Positions 40,245 to 53,702 of a DNA stretch of 64,000 nt are shown in pieces. Position 1 is the stretch's first letter; each line of letters begins with the position of its first letter. Made by a program: the position numbers and the translations under genes. The notes beneath the pieces were generated by a model. It saw nothing but the letters and a program-made list of their open reading frames with translations, made no database searches and was not told the DNA's origin. The stretch is from Camelus dromedarius. Its lineage: Eukaryota. The stretch is from contig NC_087437.1 in assembly GCF_036321535.1 (NCBI RefSeq), positions 89,220,001 through 89,284,000 of the forward strand, written 5' to 3'.

Positions 40245-40384
40245 GTTTTTAAATTTTTATTTATTTATTTATCTATCTATTTATTTATTTATTCATTCAT
40301 TCATTCAGATGGAAATACTGGGGATTGACCCTAGGACCTCATGCATCATAGGCATGCACTCTACCACTGAGCTATACCTACCCC
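40245..40384 (-). mobile_element. tRNA-derived SINE, camelid Vic-1-like
   Basis: Minus strand ggggtaggtatagctcagtggtagagtgcatgcctatgatgcatgaggtcctagggtcaatccccagtatttcc with box A/B-like motifs, (TGAA/TAAA)n tail and imperfect tgtgtg..gtttt TSD. Confidence 0.88.
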
Positions 40385-40591
40385 TGTGTGTGTGTTTTAT
40401 ATATTGTATGTTATGTATGTATGTGTAGTATCTAGATGATGACTAAAATCATGCTTATTTTCTTGCTAACTTTAAAAATGTGAAATCATTTACATTAATC
40501 TTTATGTACATACAATAGTTATCTTAACTTGTTCTTTTGTTTAAAACTATTTCAATAGAAAACACTCTAACACTGAGGCATTAGAGTGCAT

Positions 40592-40860
40592 GGCTATGGC
40601 AGAAATCATTAGTTTTCTCCCTAAATCCATTCTGCCTTTTGCTCACAGTAGTTGAATGGCCAGCTGGCCACATTGCCATCCACCCATGAATATGTTTCCT
40701 GCCCGCCCTCACAGACAGGTGAGGCCATAGGAGCAGTTTCTGGCCAATAATATGTAAGGGGTAGTGTCCTCTAGCAGTTTCAGAGATTCATCCTAAAGAA
40801 AGAAGGGCGTATACAACGTGTTCCTTATTTTTGCCCAATTCTGCATTCTGTTAAATGACA
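40592..40860 (+). mobile_element. Old MLT1 LTR fragment
   Basis: tttcctgcccgccctcacagacaggtgaggccataggagcagtttctggccaataatatgtaag. Confidence 0.6.
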
Positions 40861-40939
40861 GCAACATTTCATAGTGCTTGAGTTATTTTCCACGCTCATT
40901 AGGGCACTTTAGCTTTATTTCTCTGGGCACTTAAAAGTG

Positions 40940-41170
40940 TGATGATGATATTGTGATTAAGAGTGTGGGCTCTCATGCAAGAACACTCTGCTTCAGATTC
41001 CAGTTTTGCCACTGGCTCAGCCCAGCGATCTCCAGCAGGCTACTTAATGTCTCTATGCTTAAGTTTTTATTACCTGTGAAATGGGGTTATTCTGAAAATT
41101 AAATGACTTAATTTATCTATAATATGTGAGTGCCTCACAATAATATACCTCAGTGCTATTTTAGCTGCTT
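40940..41170 (+). mobile_element. MIR
   Basis: gtgattaagagtgtgggctct...ctacttaatgtctctatgcttaagttt...acctgtgaaatgggg. Confidence 0.8.
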
Positions 41171-42493
41171 TGATCATCTGTGTTAGCAGCAAATCAGCAC
41201 TTCCATCTCAATACTTTAACTTGGCCCAGAATGTAAACACTTTGAAAATCACAATTACCAAATTTCACAATTACCTTTCTTAAGAACTTGGGAAGGAAGA
41301 GGTTTACCTAATATAGTCTTTGTTTTCAAGGCCACAATTCAAGACATAACTGCTTATCTATCAGATTTAACCCCATTTGTACTTTATGTCCAAGTTCCCA
41401 CACATCTGTTGTTTGCCCTTGCTACCCATCACCACAATAATACCAAGCACGTAATAGTTGCTCAATAGGTTTTCATTGAGTCAATATATGCTATAGAGAA
41501 ATCAAAATCCTTACAATCTCAAGGACTTAAACAGTCTTCATCTTCAGTCTTTGTTTCCAGACTATTAACTAAAACTTTTCCAGTCAAACCTAGCACAACT
41601 TAGAGGTAGCTACTTCTAGAAAGAATTAGTATAAAGTAAACTCAACAGAAGAATAAATAAGTACAAAGAGAAAAAAATCAGTATTAATGTATCTTTATTA
41701 AGGGACTACTTCTAGTATCCTATTCTAAGGCTACTTAGCCAAACACAGACAAAGACTTGGGGAAAATATATAAGCAAAAAGCTCTTTTTTAATGCTGCTA
41801 GAATCTAAGTTTTAATTAATGTGCCAAGGTGATGTTACTGCCAGAATATAGCCAACCCGGTGGAAAAGAACCTAAAGGACTCAATTTGAATATGTGCTTT
41901 CCTTTGAGCAAAGTTAGAGGAAGAAAGTTTTGGTGCCTTGGAGGATGTGGTATCTGTTTATAAACAGTCCATTTAGACCAAGTCTGTGTTCTTTGGAGGG
42001 AAAATTAAAAGAGCAGAGAAACATCAGATACAAGCAATGCTACCTCTGGGTGTAAAGGTGTTATGCAGTCCTTTTCATTTGTTGCTATCTCTGTACAGTG
42101 GAATTATGGGCCATTTTTCCTCCTTTTTGAACTTCTCTATACCTTCCAAATTTTCTAAAAGGAGCAAACTTTTTTTTTTAATAATCAAAAACAAAAAAAT
42201 ATCAAATGAGAAAGCAAGTTAGCAGAAACCTAAAACATTCCACAAGAAAGGTAATACTATCTGAAATTGACATGAATGAGGTAATAACTTTTTAAATATT
42301 TTAAAAATAAGTAACTATTGTCTGGAAAAAGAAATTGAGTGAGTTAGTAAAAGACTGCTAATATTTTACATATTACAGAAGGATTAAAGACCTAGAAGAT
42401 ACATGGGACAGAGATGAGAATTAATAATGAAGGCACACTACATAATCTCTTCTTTGTCTTTCATTCTGACTACTTCTACCATTATTTTTAGCT

Positions 42494-42754
42494 CAGCACT
42501 GCCCCAAAGCAATGTAATATGAGTAACATATGCAATTTTAAGGTTTTTATTAGCACATGAAAAAAAAGTCAAAAGGTGGTGAAATTAATTGAAGGTTATT
42601 GTATTTAACCCAGTATATCACATGTATTACCATTTCAACACATAATCAACATAAATATTTTAATAAGATATTTTTCAGTATTTTACAGCACATCTAATAT
42701 TGTATTAGCTCAATAGCAACACATGATTAGTGGGTACCGTATTGGACAGTACAG
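42494..42754. mobile_element. MER33-like hAT-Charlie DNA transposon inserted in L2
   Basis: Ends cagcactgcccca / ttggacagtacag; 8-bp TSD ttttagct/ttctagct. Confidence 0.85.
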
Positions 42755-43190
42755 TTCTAGCTCATTCCTCTCCAGTCTCCTTGATATTCCTAGAACATGC
42801 CAACTGTGCTTGCCTCATGGCCTTTCCATCATCAGTCTTTTCCTTTTTCTGAAATAATTTCTAATAGATATATACATGGCTTGTTCTCTCACTTCCTTCT
42901 AGTCTTTTTTTCAAATTTCACCATTTCAGAGAGGTCATGCCAGACCACTCTATTTACGACACCTCCTACCTCACCTCACCCTTGCATTTCTTATTCCTCT
43001 CATCTGCTCTAGTTTTAAGATATTATCACCTTTTAATAATATGTAAATTACTTATTTATTGTGTTTATTTTCTGTCTCTCCCCCAGCTAGAATCTCTCTC
43101 ATGAAGGGAGGAATTTTAGATTCTTTTGTTCATTCATGTATCCTTATCCTTAGCTTCTCAAATAAATGCCCAGTAGATTGTTTGGTTAAA
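42755..43190 (+). mobile_element. L2 3' portion
   Basis: tcctagaacatgccaactgtgcttgcctcatggccttt...tctgtctctcccccagctagaat...catgaagggaggaatt. Confidence 0.8.
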
Positions 43191-43934
43191 AAAAAAAATG
43201 AAGGCACATCTTCATGGTAGAAGAATAAAGAAGAAACAATTGGGCCTGTGAAATAGGTTATGAAGTTTCAAATTATGGATATATAAATTTTGGAATTTCA
43301 AATTGCAGATAAAAAAGATACCAAAGGACAAAAAGTAATTGGTATGAATGAGTAGTTGGGCTTTGGGCCAACTACCTTCAGTTATCTCATCTTTACAGGA
43401 GGAAACCATCTACTTCTAAGAATGTTTAGAATGAGTTAATTAGGTAATATGTGGCAGTCTTCTGAATCTGGTGGTATAGGAGGGGAAGAAGAAGAATGCA
43501 AACAAGTTTTCACCTTTCTTAAAGAAAAGAATTCAGAATTATTTGGTTAACACTAGAAATTAATAGAAGAAATTTAGAAGTTAAATATTAAAAGCTGTTT
43601 GATTTTTTCAAAGATAGGTGTTTTACATTTAATTATCTTCTAACTAAAAACTAACTTCTAATAAATGACATTGTAGGTGAATATAAAGAAAATGTAAAGA
43701 AAACAATAAAAATAATCTTACAATGATATGTACCATATTATGGTTCAGCTATTACAACACTAAATATAAACCTGCTAATTTCCTGTTGCATACCATGGCA
43801 ACAAGAATAAAGCTGAGTATGTAAAATATCATTTGAGAGTTAAACTATGAAATCAACACACTATGGATTCTAACTGAGAGCCAACATTACCTTGACAAGA
43901 TAGATTGAAAATGAACAAAAAGAAATGCCAATTC

Positions 43935-44410
43935 TCAGGAATTCTCAAGGCCCCTAACCCGGCCCCTCAGTGTGCCATCTGGGAAGACAGTGTTCTTTGA
44001 GAGAAATCAGGTATCCAGTTTCATGACCATCTGTCAGCATGGATGTGGTCATTAAAGTCTGGGGCCAGGAAATCTTTGGTTATTAGGAGAGGAAGCCTTG
44101 CTATGACTTCAGGCACAGCCAGTAAGGAACCTTCTGTCACTTGGCTTCCCATGAAGGTTACCTACAGGGAGAAAATGTGCCAGTATGCGAGCTGCACCTA
44201 TTTCTTTCACTTAGCACCTATATTTATCATTTAAATTAATAAATTAGCGTTCTGCTCTCTATGAGCAGTCTCCTGTCATATTTGCTACATTGGCATTTGT
44301 CATTCTAATAAACTGTGTGGCAAGGACAAGTCAGGTTTAGTATCCAGAAGATTGAGGGCTGAGCCCTTTATCACCCCAGGCTCCCTTCCCCAGGATTCTC
44401 CCTCAACCAG
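43935..44410 (+). mobile_element. LTR-like fragment, family uncertain
   Basis: GC-richer block with ctaataaactgtgtggcaaggacaagtcagg, resembling R/U5 of old LTRs. Confidence 0.4.
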
Positions 44411-44432
44411 CCACTTTTATTTTTAAAATAAA

Positions 44433-44444
44433 TGTGTGTGTGTA

Positions 44445-44491
<47 letters not shown>
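44433..44491. repeat. (TG)n microsatellite
   Basis: Direct reading. Confidence 0.98.
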
Positions 44492-44493
<2 letters not shown>

Positions 44494-44834
44494 TCCTCCA
44501 TTATTTCACTTTTCAACATTGATCATCTATTGCTGATATATCTTTATAACCAAAAGATCAATTAATTGGTTGAAGTCAACTTTCACAGCAAATACAGGAA
44601 ATAAAAAATAGTATTATTTTGGTGAGGTGATTAAAATAGGTAAACCATGTCATGCTATCATAGTCACAGATATGACAAATCAGAAAACAAACATGATAAA
44701 GTTCATATTTAGAAAGTTAGCTGAGGTAATATATTGGAGAAGAGGAGGCTCATTGAAAGGAGACTAATCAGGAGATAAGAGTGATGAAGACCTAGTCATT
44801 AGCAGAGATGGAGAGAGGCGTTATCATTAGGGAA

Positions 44835-45390
44835 CTCTTAGTATGTGATTTAGATTGCAAGTACCAAAGCTGCCTGGCAGATTAAGCAGAAAAGGAGTTT
44901 ACTCAAAGGATATTGGGTAGTTCATGGAGTGAGAAAGCTAGATAACTGTTACCCAGTTCTCAGCTGAGCTTTCAGTAGCAGTGCTACAATCCTAGTTGCC
45001 AAAGTGATCCGATTAGAAAACATTCCTCTTCCACTGAATCCACTGATGGTGATAATATGCAGCTAGCATTTTGCCATGAACTGGAGTTTTATGCCACTGC
45101 CACTTTTCCAGGATTTTGATCTTCTAATCATTTCCAGGCACCTCTGGCATCACCCCTAACCAACACAAGGGATTCTATAATGGAAACTTCTTCCTTAGTT
45201 TACTTTTTGAATTAGACCCTCAAGCAAGTCTATTTGTTACAGATCAGGTCCCAGATACAAAGATCAGGGAAGCTGCTTTTTCTTTTGCCTGGTGAAAGCA
45301 GGATTCAAAAGAAGAAAATTTCCCAAAAATAGTAGATGTGGTTTAAAATGTTGGGAGTTCCAGAAAACAATGATAGGTTCTACTATAATG
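44835..45390 (-). mobile_element. Old ERVL/MaLR LTR within L2
   Basis: ttagattgcaagtacc...ttaagcagaaaaggagtttactcaaaggatattgggtagttcatgga. Confidence 0.6.
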
Positions 45391-46109
45391 AGACATTTTA
45401 GAAGTCAAATTTTTATATTGGAAGTTGTTGGTAAGATACAGTAAAGGAGAAGAGTGTGGTAGAATGAGATGGAAAACTTCATCTCATTGGTGATTTGAAG
45501 TTTTGTTGTTGTTTTGTTCAAATTTAAGCTGTTTTTGTACTACATGAACTATGTAGCAAAGTGGAGTATTATTTAACTAAATAGTACACTGTTGTATAAT
45601 TGACTTGAATTAACAAATTTTAAAATGAATTAGTGGACCTATAATATTGCACATATAAGGATATTGCAGATAAAAACAAGGTATGTAAGAATTTTTTGAC
45701 CTCAAGAAGTCAACAGAGATGTTTGAGAAATTTTAGGTCAGACTATTAGACCAGTGGTCATAATGTGTGCTTTAGAGGCTGGGAGTCTAGTGGTAGCTTA
45801 AGTAGGAGTGATGATTCCTTAGTGACTCTTCTCTTACCTGGGATGTTGAAAGTATGCATGAGCTAAGTTTGGTTGTGTGTCCAAATGTGTGTGTGCTTTT
45901 ATTTCCTACATAGAGTGTACTGAGGATGGAGTCAGTAATCCTTTATTAAGAGCATATTTGTGGGGGATTCACCATATACCAGGAATTTTGCATGGCACAA
46001 AGGATACACAGAAAAATAAAACAAGACCCCTGTCCTCTAAGAGCTTATAATGTGATAAATGTAAAGATAAAATTAAACATTCATAGTATGAAAGCAAATA
46101 AAAAGCTAT

Positions 46110-46210
46110 CTAATACAAACACCTGAAACTAACATCATAAATTGACTACACTTCCAAGAAAAAATGAGAATTAAAAAATAAACAAATAAAAGAGATGGTT
46201 AAAAAAAAAA
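46110..46210 (+). mobile_element. Very short young L1 3' tail
   Basis: acacctgaaactaacatcataaattgactacacttc followed by an A-rich tail. Confidence 0.6.
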
Positions 46211-48527
46211 TCTCTGAAAAAAATAATACCTAAAGGACATTTTAAGAGAAGAGTCAAATAAAGAATTTAGCTAAAGAATCATCTGGTCAAGACTTGCAGT
46301 TACGAATGATTTTTTAAAAATTAGCATCAACACTTTTGAACATTGGATCTTCTTCAAAAAGAGAGAAAATGTTAATAAGTTTATCAGTATTGGTTTTTTT
46401 TCTCAAGGCAACCACAAACATAGTTTTCTTCCTGTAAACTTGTAAAGAAAACACAAAATAATAAAAATTATAACCAAATAAAGCATAATTTCTTAGTAAG
46501 AATTAAGTATAGTATATATAAACTGAATCTAAATACTTGTTTATAATTGAATAATGTTTTTGCACCCAGGAATGTCTAATCTTGAACAAAACAAGGAAAA
46601 CACCGATGTATCATTCAGCAACATCCAGTTATCAGAGTAATATACTTCATCATTATTTATTATTTCCTAATGCTTGTTCCTTATTATTACTCTGTATTAG
46701 TTATAAAACATTAAAAAATAACAAAAGTACCTCCTTAACTTTATAAATTTATTAAATCTCTCTTTTTCAATCTCAGAAGCTGTACTTAAAAGAAAAAAAA
46801 ATAATTCTCACTCTTTAGTGGGACTTGGTTCAAGTGTTCAGAAAATGTCCCAGGGAATTTTCATTCTTGTTGCTGTATTTCCCACTGCAGTGCTTTTTGG
46901 ATGTGCTAAAGTGATGTAATAATCTCTCTCCTCCACAGTCTCAGCCCCCTCCTTAGGCTGGGACCCTGCCCCGTGGTGATAATGTGCCCATCTTCCCGGA
47001 CAGCAGGCTGACTGCACAGCACTGTAAAGTTCTTCATAAAGCAAAGTCTCTGTTACCTGCCAGAAATTTCCCATAATCCTCAAAATTACTTGTGTAAATC
47101 AACCCAGATCTGGTCCTTGATTACAAACAATTGAATTTAAAAAACACTCTGCCAAGTAAATTATTTTACATTATAATACAATTCAAGTGTAAGAACTGGC
47201 CCCTGAAAAACTTGAAAGTTCAGTGCTTGGGAATCACTTCTGTCAGTTTTACAGGTTAAAAACGGGCCAACAATACTTCAGTCCTGGGACAAAGATACCC
47301 TAACATGATGGTGATGTTAGACATTGAAAGAAGTGTCTGTCCAAGATGATGAGAGAAGAAACTCACAAGACTGAATAGTTGATATATTTTTTAAAGTATC
47401 TTAAAAAATGCTTGCATCTTAATATTAAATGATAAATGTCTCATGGTGTTAAATGGAAATAGTACATTGAGTATATTAAATTTAATTTGATTAAATAATC
47501 AAATGCTAATCATGTATTTCATAACCTGAGATGTTTGAAGCAGCTGTTGGAAAGCAGTGAGGTCATTTTTAAAATTTCAGTCTAAAACAAACAGGAAACA
47601 GAATTTTAAATTATAAAAAATAAAACAGATGTAGACATATTGAAATGCACTCGGCAAGACAAAAACAGAAGTAGAAGGCTCAGAAAACCAAATGCTATTT
47701 TTTCCACCGGAAGTGAAGTCTAGTTTCTTAGATTTCTTTTTAGTGTTTCTTTTTACTTAACTCTCAAAGTTTCATACACTCAGTTTTTAAAAATCAGTAA
47801 GTACTATAAGGATAACCCCAGTGTTATTTTTAGAGAGTAAGTTGAATTTAACTGCTAAGTTCACTACACTATCTTCAAAATTGTTTTTTTTTTTTTTTTC
47901 CGTAGATGGCTCACCTTAGCTAGGTTCCTCATTGACTTCAAAACAGTTGCCTTGAGTTAACCTGCAAAATATAAGTGACAGCTTCAAGGGGCAGTTCAAG
48001 AATTAATACAATAGATTAATCATTGAAATAATGGAGTTGTCCATTGAACATCAATTTACCACTTTTATTTTAGGATTTGTTCCATCTCGCCCTTAAAATA
48101 CTGATTTTAATGGGTATATTTAAGTTGCCTTTAGCACATAATTTAAAGTGATCATTAACTCAAGGAATAAGGTATATGAGTTCTTTCACAGAGTGAGGGG
48201 AAGGGAAGTTGATTTATCAACTAAAGTGTGAGAATTTCAGCCTGAGTTTTGCTCCAGGAAGCAAATGAATTCTGCCAATTTAGCTATTGTTATCAACTTA
48301 TTAGGAAGATGACAATCAGATTGAATCACTCTAAGTAGTGAATGGGTGAGATCTCCACCCACTGCCCCCAAAGATTGGGGATTTTCAGTGGATAATTTTT
48401 AAAATGGTGAGTCTGCAGGGAATATGACACAGCAAAATGAAAAAATTCAAATTATGATAAGGGGGCATTTTTGAACTAGGATAGATTTTGTTTTTAGACT
48501 GTTAAATCTTCCTTTACAATCTCAAAG

Positions 48528-48886
48528 TCTAATTGGTCTGTTTGAGATGCTAGGACAAAGTACCATAGATGGGTTGGCTTATAAAACAGAAATTTATTTC
48601 CCACAGTTCTTGAGGCTGGGAAGTCCAAGATCAAAGCACCAAAATATTTAGAGTTTGAGGAAAATCCACTTCCTATTTTGTCTAAAGTAGTTTTCTTGCT
48701 ATAACCGCCAAGTGGCAGAAAGGGAGCTCACTGGGGCTTCCTTTAGAAGGACACTGCTTTCATCTATGAGAGCTCAGGCTTTATGACTGAATCACCTCTC
48801 AAAGTCCTCACTTCCTAATAGTATCACAATGGGGAACAGATTTCACCATACGAAGTTCACGAGTACTCAATGTCCAATTCATAGCA
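48528..48886 (-). mobile_element. MLT1A/B-type MaLR LTR
   Basis: aaagtaccatagatgggttggcttataaaacagaaatttatttcccacagttcttgaggctgggaagtccaagatcaa. Confidence 0.9.
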
Positions 48887-48952
48887 ACACTATCTTCCAG
48901 ATTACGCCTGCCCTTGGTAGGGCTTCTTTGTCCACGTGTTCTTTGTACATAA

Positions 48953-49041
48953 ATTATATATATACATATATATTATATATATTATATATACACACCTGAT
49001 ACATATAATACAAATATATTATATACTATATTATATATATA
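48953..49041. repeat. Imperfect (TA)n tract
   Basis: Direct reading. Confidence 0.9.
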
Positions 49042-50777
49042 TTGCTTATCAGGAAATTTAGTATTAGGAAAATTTTCTGAAGCCATAGAGAATTTGGGAA
49101 AATGAGGGATGTCCTTCTACCATAAACAAGTCATAGATTATTATTTGGGTCAATTTATTCTTTCTAAATAAAAAGAAAAACATAACTTTATTAAAGGCTT
49201 GCATTTAAACTGTACATTTGAAAATAAATAGTTAATATCTTGTTTAACTTGACACTTACTCTGATGACTAGGTGAGTGGAAGTATTCCTCTCTTTGTCCC
49301 ACACTCTTTCATTTCATTACGCGATACTGATGACAAGCTTTTCACCTAGATTGCAGCTAGCAGGCTTGAGCATTGCCTGCCAGAAGTGATTAATACCAAT
49401 CAAATAGAGTTTGTTCAGTTGGAAAGACTGGCAGAAAACATTTATCATCTTCTCAAGGCATTAGAGTTCCAGATTGGCTCTGTGCTTGAGATAAACAGGA
49501 TATAAATGCATTTGCTCCAATGTTCACCTTGTTACCACATTTATTGAGCCTATTTTCCCAAGCAGTGAAAGGAACTGTGCCCACCCTTTTCAGTGGCCTT
49601 CATGCTTAATTTGCAAACATTTAAAATCCTTCGGTAATGATTATAATGTCCAAGTCTTAAATTAGGAAGAAATCAAGTAACACCCAATAAGACAAAATGT
49701 CTCCCTCAAACTCTTTCTGAGATTTTTTCTTAGATAATGGAACAGAAGTCGGACATTACCAGCCTCACATGTTGAGGCATTCATTTATGTTTCCCTGGTG
49801 TTGCATTTTAGCATAAAGCAATGCACTTTTCTATTTCGTATCTCTCCCAGGGGGAGATGCAAGGACCATTCCTGCCCATACTACCAATACTTTCCGTTTT
49901 AAGGGGCTGAAATTGGGGAGCTGAGATAGACCCAGAGAGGACAGAATGAGGGCAATGAGAAAAGCAAAAATGTGCCATTTGCTAATCTAATCCCTTACCG
50001 CTGCCTCCTATCTCCCCAGTGCCCCCCGCCCCAGCAACATTGATCTGTCCTAGCTCTAAACTCCTCAAAGCTCACACCCCATCTCCCCTGCTGTGCTCTT
50101 TCCAACCCCGACCTCCCCTTACTTCCATCTGGTTATCCCAGGGGCTGGCTAAAATGTAGTTTATCTCCTCCTCTAATCACTTTGCAGTCTATTGTTTTAT
50201 GTAAACTCTGTCAGGCTGTCTTCAAAACATTTCTTTTATTCTTAAGAGTCTATGTTGCAGTTAGACATCAAAATAAGCATTTTTGCTGTAATAATTTTAA
50301 ATGTCCTTAAGGCAATATGGTTCAGGTTTCTTACCCACTGGAGAAAGAGCAGACAAGGAAAAAAAGGCACGTGTGAAGCGCACATAATCATCATCTCACA
50401 GTGTGTTCTTTCCTTCACTTAGCCAACATTTATCCAGCATTTATCTTGCATGGCCAAGGCCTCAAGGGGCTCACTGCCTAATGGGCTGGACAGACCAGAA
50501 ATAATCAATCTTCACAATACCTTATATCAAAATAAATGTATGTATACAGTGTAGATCTACGAAGCTCACAGAGGGTGTTTGGAAGGACCCTTGATGTGAC
50601 TGTTGGAGAAGGGTGAGAGTGAAGGGAGTACCATCTAGCCCAGTGGAAGAGTGGGGGCAAAGGCAGAGGCACAAAGGAGCAGGATAAACTTGGGGAATGG
50701 AAAGCAGTTCAGTTTGCCCGCTGATGACAGATGATGAGACGGGAATAGAGACAAGAGTTTAGATCAGGAAGGGTCTT

Positions 50778-51108
50778 TTTTTACTTTCCATGTAATTTTT
50801 TTTAATTGAAGTATAGTTGATTTACAATGTTGTGTTAATTTCTGGTGTACAGCATAGTGATTCATTTATGCATATACATATATCCTTTTCATATCTTTTC
50901 TTTTTTTAATTGTGTTTATATTTTTATTGAAGTATAGTCAGTTTACAATGTTGTTTCAATTTCTGGTGTACTGCATAATGCTTCAGTTATACATGAACAT
51001 ACATATGTTTTCATATTCTTTTTTACCATAAGTTACTATAGCATATTGAATATAGTTTCCTGTGCTCTACTGTAGGACTTTGTTGTTTATCTATTTTATT
51101 TATAGTAG
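50778..51108 (-). mobile_element. Two nested L1 3' tails inserted in an L2
   Basis: Two ttgaagtatagt..tttacaatgttgt units; outer perfect 12-bp TSD aggaagggtctt (50766-50777 and 51109-51120). Confidence 0.9.
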
Positions 51109-53508
51109 AGGAAGGGTCTTATTTGTCATGATAAGCACTTTGAATGTTATCCAGAGCCAGTGAAGCCATTATCAAATCTCAGAAAGATTTTAAACAAGGA
51201 GTAATATAATTAGATTTACAAATCACAGGGTCAATTATTGTAAGCCTTAAGGATGGTTGGAGAGAAAAAAATGGGAGACAGTTTATTGCAATTATCTAAG
51301 AGAAAAATTATGAGAGCCTTAGGGCAATGGAAGCAGACATTTTCAATTCAGGTTTTCAATACAGAAAGCCAATCAAACCATATTTATACATCATACTGTT
51401 GCCTTTCTAATTAGCTGCTGCACAGATTTATGCCATGAAGTCATCGTCAAGTGATGTTGCTCTCTTGAAATTCCTACTCTGACACATGTGGCAGGTGCGG
51501 TTTGTGGGGAATACCCTCTTTCCCGTGGCAGAGATCATGTGCTGACATGTGCCATGATGCAAACCTGGCAATTAGTTAATATATTCAAGCCAAATCTGAT
51601 TTTATTCTTTGATGACCTTAGAATATGAAAATGCATAAAAATTAGTTTTATGTAAAAATTCTGCTTTCAATTTGATAAATATAGCTTGTATATAATAAAT
51701 CTAAACCATACTAAAAGGTGACCAGAGAATGCTATGTATCAGATGTCTTCAACCTAGACACAAAATAATTTCAAAATCCAGTTTTGCTCTTCCAGTGAGC
51801 TTGGGATTCCTGCTTCTGACAGAAGCCACAAACAGTTTCTTACTAATCAGTTTTTAGAAACAGTCACAAGTAGAAAACTGTGAAGGTGGAAGGTCAGACT
51901 TAGTACTTCATGTACTTACTCAGAAGCATGTGTTGCCCGAAATGGTTTACTCAAGTCAGAACCTTTATTAACTGCATTCTTTTCTTCTGGAAGATAGGAT
52001 TCAACTATAAATTATTTGGATAGACTACAATCTCCACATTAATTTACCAGGGCTTTCATCCTCCTACACAGAAGAGTATTTCTTAATACAACTCAAAAGA
52101 CATCAAGCACCTCGTCCAACCTATTCGCCGATTCTAAATGGGATTTGACATTACGAGGTCAACATTGCTTTTCCTCATAGATGACTAACAAATTTATGGA
52201 GACATAAGTTCACTGTTCTCACATGGATCACTGCGCAACAGACCAGTGGGTTTTGATTGTAACATTTAGGTTTCAGTTATTAAATGAAAGCGAAAACTCA
52301 GGCTGTGACAAATTGCTTGGCACCTAAACAATGATCCAGAGAGATGCACAGAAGGAAAACCAGTGTGTCCTCAGGTTTCAAGAGGAAAGCTTGGCCAATA
52401 ATACTGAAATCACAGCATTTTGTGAAATTTTATGAAATTCAAATATTAAAATAAATTCAAATATAATTTATAGTCTTAACATTTCATTGGTTTCCATGAA
52501 ATTCTTCTTTGAAATGATAATGCACTTCAGTTTTTCTTCAAATGTTCACAAAGCTAACATATATAGCATAAAAGTAAATATTTTTACAATTATAATTTAT
52601 TTTGTCATGGACTAACGTTTTTAATTAAATTTAACAACTCGAGAGTATGAGAAGCTAATTGCCTATTATTAGAGAGACTAAGCAAGTGAAGAGAAAAATC
52701 CATATGAATTTCCAGTGAAAAGTGGATTCATAGTTTTATGGCTATATGTGTGTTGTCACACATTCAAATGAAGAAACTACTCACGTATTCCAATATGCCC
52801 TAATGCAGGCAAGCTTTGACTTAGGACAAATGATTTAGGAATGGCTGGTTCATAGGAAAAATCAGTAGTGGCATATTTTGTCACAAGCCACAATTTCAAC
52901 TTTTGCTTCCTAATTCAGAGCAACCAGCAAGTGACTGGTCTGGACAGGTGCCTTCTCTTATTTATGCATCCATCATGGTACTTGCCCACCCTTTCTTCAC
53001 TTAGACAACAAGTGTTCCATGCTTAAAAATAGTAACTTCACCTCTCCTTCACCCCTCACTTCCACTTCATTACTCTGCCTTCATCTCCATAGCTGGAAAA
53101 TGTGTTTTCAATGCCTTTGGTCATCAACCTAAAAGCATTTTCACCATTGAAAGCATAGATACTCATAGAATCAATGTTGTAATGCTTGTTGAGTAGAGGT
53201 GAAAAAGCACTAAAGAAATCCCTTCCGTAATGCATAATTCATATATCAATTTAATAAAAATGGATTAAGAGCACAGTACATGCGAGGCAGTAGGGATAAG
53301 AAAAGTAAGAAACAAAACAAAACCTCTAGAAATGTCCTTTCTAGTAGGGAACAAAGACAGCTAAATAATTGCAATACAGCTGCTGGATACTGTAGGTTAC
53401 TTACCCAACATCCATTCTTCCTTTCCCCTTCCAAATAGAATTTTCTTAAATTGTCCATAAATCCTCTGTGAGGTCACAGATCCAGAGTACGTCTTGATTA
53501 GTCTAAGC

Positions 53509-53702
53509 CAGTGGTCCTCAACTGAGAGTGGATTTGCTCTCCAAGAGACATTCAGCAGCGTCTGAAAATAGTGTTTGTGGTTACAACTTCGGAGATGGCA
53601 TCTACTGTGCAGAATCTAAGGAAGTTGCTAATACCCTACAATGCACAGAGCATAGAATTATCTAGTCCCAAATATCAATACTGCCACCATTGAGAAACCC
53701 TT
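53509..53702. mobile_element. MER20 hAT transposon inside an old MLT1
   Basis: cagtggtcctcaact...ccctacaatgcacag...ttgagaaaccc; TSD gtctaagc/gtctaaat. Confidence 0.88.

Noticed and set aside
40309..40384. tRNA gene
   Set aside because: Mismatched stems and B box, a simple-repeat tail and a TSD indicate a SINE
46900..47060. Possible exon after the acceptor-like ctctctcctccacag
   Set aside because: No convincing donor or recognisable reading frame
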